NCBI GenBank assembly: GCA_964640865.1
Contig: CAZXIU010000001.1
Coordinates: forward strand, 1 to 49,852
Reading direction: 5' to 3'
From: an uncultured archaeon
GTDB lineage: Archaea > Aenigmatarchaeota > Aenigmatarchaeia > QMZP01 > JAFGSV01
Length of the DNA stretch: 49,852 nt
The notes beneath the pieces were generated by a model, which worked only from the letters and a program-made list of their open reading frames with translations, was not told the DNA's origin and made no database searches. Each line of letters begins with the position of its first letter. The stretch's first letter is position 1. This document shows positions 43,607 through 49,852 of this stretch, piece by piece. The position numbers and the translations under genes are program-made.

Positions 43607-44422
43607 CATTCTCATGGTCATTGAAATGTCCACAGATTTAACTGAATGCGTCAGCGCGCCGACTGAAATCCAGTCAGCTCCGACCTGAACCAGTTCCTTA
43701 AGCCGCTTCTCGTCAACGCCTCCTGAAATCTCGGTTATGGCTTTTTTCCCTATCAGCGAAACGGCATTCTTCATCTCATTCGTTTCCATGTTGTCAAGCA
43801 TGATTATGTCAGCTCCGGCTTTCAGTGCTTCCTTGACCTGGTCAATATTGGTGACCTCGACTTCAACCTTCTTTCCGGCCTTCCTTGCAAGAGCAACGGC
43901 ATTCGCTATTCCGGCGGCCTGTATGTGATTGTCCTTTATCAGCACCTGGTCGTACAGCCCCATCCGGTGATTGGTTCCCCCGCCGCATCTTACTGCATAC
44001 TTCTCGAGCATCCTCAGCCCCGGGGTTGTCTTGCGCGTATCGAGTATCTTCGTACCGCTGCCTTTGACTGCTTCCGCCATTCTTCCTGTCTTCGTGGCTA
44101 TTCCTGTCATTCTCTGGAGGAAGTTCAGCGCGGTTCTTTCGCCTGTAAGCAAGGCCCTCGCATCACCACTGACTTCAGCTATCATATCGCCGCGCACGGC
44201 TTTCTCGCCGTCTTTCTTCAGGTACCTGAATTTGATACTGCCATCAAGCTGCCTGAAAATCTCCTCAGCCACATTAAGGCCTGAAACAATACAATCTTCC
44301 TTGACAAGAATGGATGATATTGCTTTCGTACCTTTTGGTATGACAGCTTCTGTTGTTATGTCACCACTTTTAATGTCTTCTTCAAGGGCGTTCCTGACAA
44401 TATCCCTTAATTCTTTTTCCAT
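43601..44422 (-). CDS. nadC: Nicotinate-nucleotide pyrophosphorylase (quinolinate phosphoribosyltransferase)
   Basis: LLTGERTALNFLQRMTGIATKT, LDTRKTTPGLR, KDNH and MLDN motifs. Confidence 0.9.
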   Translation of the reverse strand: MEKELRDIVRNALEEDIKSGDITTEAVIPKGTKAISSILVKEDCIVSGLNVAEEIFRQLDGSIKFRYLKKDGEKAVRGDMIAEVSGDARALLTGERTALNFLQRMTGIATKTGRMAEAVKGSGTKILDTRKTTPGLRMLEKYAVRCGGGTNHRMGLYDQVLIKDNHIQAAGIANAVALARKAGKKVEVEVTNIDQVKEALKAGADIIMLDNMETNEMKNAVSLIGKKAITEISGGVDEKRLKELVQVGADWISVGALTHSVKSVDISMTMRML

Positions 44423-44424
44423 AA

Positions 44425-45759
44425 TCAGCTACCTATCCAGCCGGCGTCACCGGCTACATGGTATTCTATACCGGCCTTCCGGAAATCTATGTCCTTCCAT
44501 ATGTCGGTGTTGTCGAGTATGAGCCTGCATTTCTTCAGCGCGCCTATTATTGTATTGTGGGGCGTAAACTTGTAGTGCTGGTGGTCAGCCACAATGAGTA
44601 CGGCATCGAATTCGCCAAGCCCCTCGGGAAAACTGAAAGATTCAGCGCCTGTTACCTTCTTTATTTCTTCAGGTGTGTAGTAAGGGTCATTGACCTTGAC
44701 GGACATGCCGAGCTCCTTTATCTTTTCAGCGATTTTTATTGTCGGTGAAAGTATGCATACCTTTATGTCGCCCTTGTATGCAAGCCCGAGAATGCCGATG
44801 TTTTTGAATCCCCTTTTCTTGAGGCTTTCCGCAACAATCGCAGGCTGCTCCCTGTCGGATTCTATGGTGCTTTTCAGTATGGTTATTTTTTCCGGATGCT
44901 TTGCGCCAAGCAGGACATACTGGCTTGAGAGTGGTATGCAGTATCCACCTATACCGAAGCTCGGGTGGTACGTGCCTATGTTCCATTTTGTCCCGACAAG
45001 CCTGAGCACCTCGGTCATGTTTATGTCAGGATAGGCGTTTGACAGCTCATTCGCGAGCGCTATCTCCATGTGCCGGTAAGCGTTCTCAATGCTCTTCACC
45101 ATCTCTGCGTGCTTGTGGTCGGGCGCAGGAACGAGGTTGTTGCATACGACTGAAAGCGCTTCCCTCATCATACCGGTTGTCTGGGGTGTGGTTCCACCGA
45201 ATACCCTCGGGAGGTTCTTGAGGCTCTTCTCAGGAGAGACGAACCAGTCCCTCCTCGGTGCAACGCCATACAGTATGTCCTTTCCTATCCTTATGCCGGC
45301 CTTTTTGAATATGGGCAGGACAACCTCATCACTCCTTCCCGGAGTGAGCGTTGATTCAACTATCACCAGCGGCGGATTCTCATAGCCGACATCCTTGAGC
45401 TTGGTGAGCTTGTTTATCACGTCAATAAGTATGTCATCATACGGCTCGCCGCCCATTTCCGTTGGTATGCAGACGAAGTGGATGGCAATATCCTTTTTCA
45501 GCAGCCTGGTGTAATCATCAGTGGCTTCCAGCATTTTCCTTTCCGAAAGCTCCTTTATGTCAAAGCCGAGCCAGTATTCAAGATTGTCTATCGGTATCTC
45601 GCCCTTGTTTATGAGCCTGACTTTTTCCTTGTCGACATCAAGGCCTATTGTCTTTATGCCGTTGAATGCCATGTATGCCATTGTAGTGAAGCCTATGAAA
45701 CCGGAACCCCACACCGCTATTCTCTTGTCCCCGCTCAGAAGCTCTTCCTTGATTCCCAT
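44425..45759 (-). CDS. UDP-N-acetyl-hexosamine 6-dehydrogenase (WecC/WbpA family)
   Basis: IAVWGSGFIGFTTMAYMA Rossmann N-terminus and the catalytic Cys region GIGGYCIP. The central and C-terminal UDPG_MGDP_dh domains are collinear. Confidence 0.8.
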   Translation of the reverse strand: MGIKEELLSGDKRIAVWGSGFIGFTTMAYMAFNGIKTIGLDVDKEKVRLINKGEIPIDNLEYWLGFDIKELSERKMLEATDDYTRLLKKDIAIHFVCIPTEMGGEPYDDILIDVINKLTKLKDVGYENPPLVIVESTLTPGRSDEVVLPIFKKAGIRIGKDILYGVAPRRDWFVSPEKSLKNLPRVFGGTTPQTTGMMREALSVVCNNLVPAPDHKHAEMVKSIENAYRHMEIALANELSNAYPDINMTEVLRLVGTKWNIGTYHPSFGIGGYCIPLSSQYVLLGAKHPEKITILKSTIESDREQPAIVAESLKKRGFKNIGILGLAYKGDIKVCILSPTIKIAEKIKELGMSVKVNDPYYTPEEIKKVTGAESFSFPEGLGEFDAVLIVADHQHYKFTPHNTIIGALKKCRLILDNTDIWKDIDFRKAGIEYHVAGDAGWIGS

Positions 45760-45882
45760 AGCATTACCTTAGAAATTGCTTGTATGCACTGTTTAAATAT
45801 ATATTCCCAAAAGTTTCCGTAAACATTCCTTGGGGAGGGATTTCGGAAAAGACATATAAAACATTCTTCGGAACATAATGCT

Positions 45883-47172
45883 ATGAAAATATCCATAATA
45901 GGCTCGGGTTATGTCGGCCTTGTTACCGGAACATGCTTCGCTGAGCTCGGAAATCATGTAACACTTGTCGATGTTGTCAGAGACAAGGTCGAAAAGATAA
46001 ACAGCGGCATATCCCCCATTTACGAGGACAAGCTTGACCGCATGCTAAAGAAGAACACCGGTAACGGCAGGCTGCATGCCACGACAAAACTGGAAAATGC
46101 AATACTCGGCACCAACATGACATTCATAGCTGTCGGAACTCCCTCGAAAGGCGACGGCTCGGTTGACCTTGTTTACATAAAGAAGGTTGCCGAGGACATA
46201 GGAAAGGCGCTGAAAAAGAAAGATGCTTACCATACAGTCGTAGTCAAGTCGACTGTTGTGCCCGGTACAACCGAGAATGTGATACTTCCTATACTTGAAA
46301 AGGCATCCGGAAAAAATGCAGGCCAGCATTTCGGTGTCGCCATGAATCCGGAGTTCCTCAAGGAAGGCGTCGCGGTTGACGATTTCATGAATCCCGACAG
46401 GGTTGTCATAGGAGCGATTGACGAGAAGAGCATGGAAAGGGTCTACTCCCTTTATGATGAATTCAAATGCACTGCAATGAAAACCAATCCGAGGACAGCC
46501 GAGATGATAAAGTACGCGAGCAATGCTTTCCTTGCAACAAAAATATCCTTTTCAAATGAGATAGGGAACCTGTGCAAGAAGCTGGGCATAGATTCTTACG
46601 AAGTCGCTGACGGCATGGGAATGGACAACCGCATAGAAAGGAGGTTCCTCAATTCCGGAATAGGCTATGGAGGCTCCTGCTTTCCAAAGGACGTGAAAGC
46701 CATAATATCAAAGGGAAAGAAAGAGGGACTTTCAATGGCTCTCCTTGACGCAGCTGAGCATGTCAACAGGAAGCAGCCGCTGAGACTCGTTGAGATGCTG
46801 AAGGAAAAGATGTCAATCAGGGGGAAGACAGTAGCTGTTCTGGGACTGGCTTTCAAGCCCGGAACCGATGACATAAGGGAAGCTCCTGCACTGCTGATAA
46901 TACCGGAACTTGTCAGGTCCGGCGCCAAGGTGAAGGCATACGACCCCAAAGGGCAGGACAACTTCCAAAGGGAATTCCCGGGTATTGCATACTGCAGCAA
47001 CGCATATGCAGCATTGGATGATGCTGATGCCTGCCTCATACTGACAGAATGGGACGAGTTCAAAAAGCTTGAAGATGAAGATTTCAAGCGGATGAAAGGA
47101 AAAATTATTATCGAAGGAAGAAAAACACTCAATAAAAACAAGGTCTCAAATTTCGAGGGGGTGTGCTGGTGA
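45883..47172 (+). CDS. ugd: UDP-glucose 6-dehydrogenase
   Basis: KISIIGSGYVGLVTG, NPEFLKEG, GYGGSCFPKDV and GLAFKPGTDDIREAP motifs. Confidence 0.9.
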   Translation: MKISIIGSGYVGLVTGTCFAELGNHVTLVDVVRDKVEKINSGISPIYEDKLDRMLKKNTGNGRLHATTKLENAILGTNMTFIAVGTPSKGDGSVDLVYIKKVAEDIGKALKKKDAYHTVVVKSTVVPGTTENVILPILEKASGKNAGQHFGVAMNPEFLKEGVAVDDFMNPDRVVIGAIDEKSMERVYSLYDEFKCTAMKTNPRTAEMIKYASNAFLATKISFSNEIGNLCKKLGIDSYEVADGMGMDNRIERRFLNSGIGYGGSCFPKDVKAIISKGKKEGLSMALLDAAEHVNRKQPLRLVEMLKEKMSIRGKTVAVLGLAFKPGTDDIREAPALLIIPELVRSGAKVKAYDPKGQDNFQREFPGIAYCSNAYAALDDADACLILTEWDEFKKLEDEDFKRMKGKIIIEGRKTLNKNKVSNFEGVCW

Positions 47173-48005
47173 TGTCTGATATAGTCGGTCTCATACCTGC
47201 CGCAGGAAGCGGGACAAGGCTTTACCCTTTCGCAAGGGCGGTTCCCAAGGAGATGTATCCAATTTTGGGAAAGGCAGTGATAGAGCACTGCGTGGAGAAC
47301 CTCAAGGAAGGCGGGATAAAGAAGATATTCATGGTCGTCGGCTACCAGAAGGGAGCGCTCATGGACTACATAGGGGACGGCTCGTTCTTCGGTGTCAATA
47401 CAGCATACATATACCAGATGAAAAGGAAGGGGCTCGGCCACGCCATATATCAGGGCAAGGACTGGATTGACACGACCTTCGTCACGCTGCTGGGAGACTC
47501 TTTCATAGAGCCGAAGAATGAGATAAAGAGCCTGATAGCATACCACAAAAAGAAGAAGCCGATAGCCACGCTGCTTCTTTTCGAGGTGAAAGACCCTAAG
47601 GGATACGGGCTTGCGAAGATAAGATGCGACAGCAAGGGATGCGGCACTATTGAAAAAGTGAAGGAAAAGCCTGACGCAAAGGAATCAGCAGAATTCAGGG
47701 TCAACGGAGGATATTATGCCATGTGCGGTGGCTATGTTTTCGAGCCTGAGATTTTCAAATACATCGAGAAAACCAAGCCCGGCGCAAAAGGAGAGATACA
47801 GATAACAGACGCGATACAGCTGGCGCTTGATAGCGGCGAAAAGGTCGCAGGCGTCCTTCTGAAGGGCAAGTACCTCGACATAGGCAAATGGAAGACCATA
47901 CTGGACACAGAGAAGGAACTGCTCAAGTTCCTTGACATGGACCTTCACATAAACGAGCGCGAGAATCTGATGGAACGAATAAGGGAACACGATTCCAATG
48001 AATGA
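47172..48005 (+). CDS. UTP-glucose-1-phosphate uridylyltransferase-like nucleotidyltransferase
   Basis: IPAAGSGTRLYPFARAVPKEMYPI resembles GalU PAAGxGTRxLPxTKxxPKEMLP. The ATG overlaps the ugd stop (TGATG). Confidence 0.8.
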   Translation: MSDIVGLIPAAGSGTRLYPFARAVPKEMYPILGKAVIEHCVENLKEGGIKKIFMVVGYQKGALMDYIGDGSFFGVNTAYIYQMKRKGLGHAIYQGKDWIDTTFVTLLGDSFIEPKNEIKSLIAYHKKKKPIATLLLFEVKDPKGYGLAKIRCDSKGCGTIEKVKEKPDAKESAEFRVNGGYYAMCGGYVFEPEIFKYIEKTKPGAKGEIQITDAIQLALDSGEKVAGVLLKGKYLDIGKWKTILDTEKELLKFLDMDLHINERENLMERIREHDSNE

Positions 48006-48007
48006 TT

Positions 48008-49555
48008 TCATATAAGTTTCTTTATTATTTTTCTTGCAAATGTCAGTTTGAATCCGAATTTTTTCTCAATCACGTTAATCATCTCTATGTCATCACCCCT
48101 CAATCCTTTGAACAGAAGTAGGAAAATAAGATAAAGTGCGAAAAATACCAGTGACAGCAATGCCAGTACAAAGATGCCTGCTCCTATGAAAAATGACGTA
48201 TAGGCGGCATATATGACAGCCAATGCCGCAATTCCTGCGAAAAGAGATTTAATCATGTCAAAAGAGAATGGATTGAGTTTTGTGAGCCTGTAGGAAACGA
48301 ATATGATCATAGCGGATGTTATTATGTAGGTCATTGCTGTGGAAAATGCCGCTCCCTCCATTCCATAAGGAGGCACGAGAATATAATTCAGAGCCACATT
48401 AATCAGAGAACCGACTAAAACAATGTAAAAAACATAACGCGTTTTCTCTGTCATGTGTATGATACTCACAGCCGGAACAGTTTTTTTCGCCATGAAACCT
48501 ATGCTCAGAATCGACAGTGCCATGTAACCGCTGGTATATTCAGAACCAAATATTATATTCAATATGTTGTCAGAGAAAAGAAGAAGCAAGAGGAACAATG
48601 GGAAGTTTGCATAGAATGTCCACCTTGTCACGGTCTTGTAGATGTCACTGACTTTTTTCATATTTCCCTTGACATAAAGACCTGTTATTATAGGCAGGAA
48701 AAGCGAGGCCAGTGCATTGGGTATTATGAACAGCAACTGCGATGTGGGAAGAGCAGCATTGTATATACCGACATCAACAGTGTTCCTGAAGAAGCCAAGC
48801 ATAAGCGTGTCCGTCCACAGGAATATGAAAGCCAGTGACGTTGTAATAGTGAGGGGAAGAGAAAAACGGATAAGCCTGCTGTATATGCATTTGCTTTTCT
48901 TTGTACTCCCCATTTTGCGGTATATTTTCTTCAGGAAATAGACTGCAATGAAGACTGATACAACAGCCGACATCAACCAGGCCAGTGCTATTCCCATGAC
49001 CCCGAGACTCATGAATCCAAACAAAAGAAGAAATGCGACCTTTAGCGTGTTGTTTGCCAGGCTTTCTGAGAGCATCTGATATTCAATTTTTTCAAATCCT
49101 ATGAAACTCGAGACAAGGACAGATAGTATTGCACTGAAAGGCACTGACAGCGCCAGTATCTGTATGACGATAACGAGTTCCGGCTCATTAAATACATTGA
49201 TTGCAATAAAATCAGCGGCGATGAACATTACAGCTGCCATTAACATCGACAAAGGCAGAACTATGTTTATCGCTGTTCTCGTGACACTCCTGGCACCTGA
49301 ATGATTTTTCTTTGAAATATACTCAGCTATGTACCTCGTGATTCCCGACTGTATTCCCATCACACCTACCATGGCAAAAAAACCAAGAACAGCAAGGCCC
49401 AGAGAGAAAATACCGTAATCTCCCGGTCCGTAGAAACGTGCAAGCAGTATTCTGAAGACATAAGTCATTAGCTTTGAGAATATCATGCCGAATAATACTA
49501 CACCGGCTCCCTTCATTATCATTTTGAGTGATACTGATAAATCTTCATCCGACAT
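48008..49555 (-). CDS. Wzx/MOP-superfamily oligosaccharide flippase (AglR-like)
   Basis: 515 aa with about 14 TM helices, visibly AT-rich, located in a glycan gene cluster. Confidence 0.75.
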   Translation of the reverse strand: MSDEDLSVSLKMIMKGAGVVLFGMIFSKLMTYVFRILLARFYGPGDYGIFSLGLAVLGFFAMVGVMGIQSGITRYIAEYISKKNHSGARSVTRTAINIVLPLSMLMAAVMFIAADFIAINVFNEPELVIVIQILALSVPFSAILSVLVSSFIGFEKIEYQMLSESLANNTLKVAFLLLFGFMSLGVMGIALAWLMSAVVSVFIAVYFLKKIYRKMGSTKKSKCIYSRLIRFSLPLTITTSLAFIFLWTDTLMLGFFRNTVDVGIYNAALPTSQLLFIIPNALASLFLPIITGLYVKGNMKKVSDIYKTVTRWTFYANFPLFLLLLLFSDNILNIIFGSEYTSGYMALSILSIGFMAKKTVPAVSIIHMTEKTRYVFYIVLVGSLINVALNYILVPPYGMEGAAFSTAMTYIITSAMIIFVSYRLTKLNPFSFDMIKSLFAGIAALAVIYAAYTSFFIGAGIFVLALLSLVFFALYLIFLLLFKGLRGDDIEMINVIEKKFGFKLTFARKIIKKLI

Positions 49556-49614
49556 TCTTAAGATTTAAGACTCCCTTATAAATACTTTCTTCCAAATCGG
49601 ACCCAAGAATTCAA

Positions 49615-49852
49615 CTAGAAATCGAATTTTTTAAGTTCCTTCACGACTGTTTCTATTTCCTCTTCTTTGAGATACTGATGCATAGGAAGAGCAACAATCT
49701 TTGTCACTATATCCTCTGCTACAGGATATGTGCCACTTCTGATGCCGAAGCTTCTGTAGGCCGGCTGGAGATGAATCGGAACAGGATAGTAAATTCCCGG
49801 TTGTATACCCGATGACTTAAGCCATTCCACGATTTCGCCCCTTTTTCCGGAA
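49615..49852 (-). CDS. DegT/DnrJ/EryC1/StrS aminotransferase, C-terminal fragment (gene continues beyond window)
   Basis: The frame is open to the window edge. GIYYPVPIHLQPAYRSFG...VALPMHQYLKEEEIETVVKELKKF is the typical C-terminus of this family. Confidence 0.8.
   Translation of the reverse strand, partial: SGKRGEIVEWLKSSGIQPGIYYPVPIHLQPAYRSFGIRSGTYPVAEDIVTKIVALPMHQYLKEEEIETVVKELKKFDF

Noticed and set aside
1-49852. Search by eye for tRNA, rRNA, RNase P/SRP RNA, inteins, IS elements and integrases
   Set aside because: No cloverleaf-compatible sequence was noticed in the intergenic gaps (all but three are under 130 bp). No rRNA-like stretches, intein blocks in PolB/Cdc6, or transposase/integrase ORFs were recognised. 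A covariance-model scan (tRNAscan-SE, Infernal) would be needed to be certain.

Overview
This is a 49.9 kb archaeal chromosomal segment. The archaeal assignment rests on a thermosome, Orc1/Cdc6, a family-B DNA polymerase, NAC, ribosomal protein L10e/uL16, AglB and pilins with class III signal peptides. Codon usage is rich in AGA/AGG/ATA, and TATA-like boxes sit about 25 nt upstream of many ATGs. I cannot assign a lineage from sequence alone. I call about 47 protein genes and recognised no rRNA, tRNA, CRISPR array or transposase.

Gene order:
- Thermosome (5-prime partial), then a coiled-coil protein.
- An Epd/Tad-like type IV pilus operon: 4 prepilin-like genes, a secretion ATPase and a platform protein split into two single-domain genes.
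- Membrane pyrophosphatase, an XRE-type regulator and a metallophosphoesterase.
- A replication island: ORB/AT-rich origin, orc1/cdc6, a DP1-like gene with a degenerate phosphoesterase domain, a TctA-like membrane protein, a second ORB array, and a convergent PolB with a C-terminal Cys4 extension.
- NAC, then a P-type Ca-ATPase-like pump next to a Na/Ca-exchanger-family gene.
- N-glycosylation module 1: AglB, GlcNAc-1-P transferase and WbpB/E/D-like enzymes.
- The mevalonate trio HMG-CoA synthase / thiolase / DUF35.
- A small accessory insertion: HEPN plus wHTH-nucleotidyltransferase toxin-antitoxin pair and a very acidic orphan protein.
- Geranylgeranyl reductase, SecF/SecD and two uncharacterised membrane-anchored proteins.
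- A PEP-synthase-like protein whose catalytic residues appear substituted, then L10e.
- Sugar-nucleotide/glycan module 2: nucleotidyltransferases, cupin, epimerase, two UDP-sugar dehydrogenases, a Wzx-like flippase and a partial DegT aminotransferase, with nadC embedded.

The best candidate for something undescribed is the replication island at about 11.4-17.9 kb. An inactivated PolD-small-subunit (B-subunit-like) protein and a zinc-ribbon-tailed PolB lie between two oppositely oriented ORB arrays. This suggests a eukaryote-like catalytic-subunit/B-subunit arrangement. All family assignments come from reading motifs by eye and from memory of the families. No searches were run.
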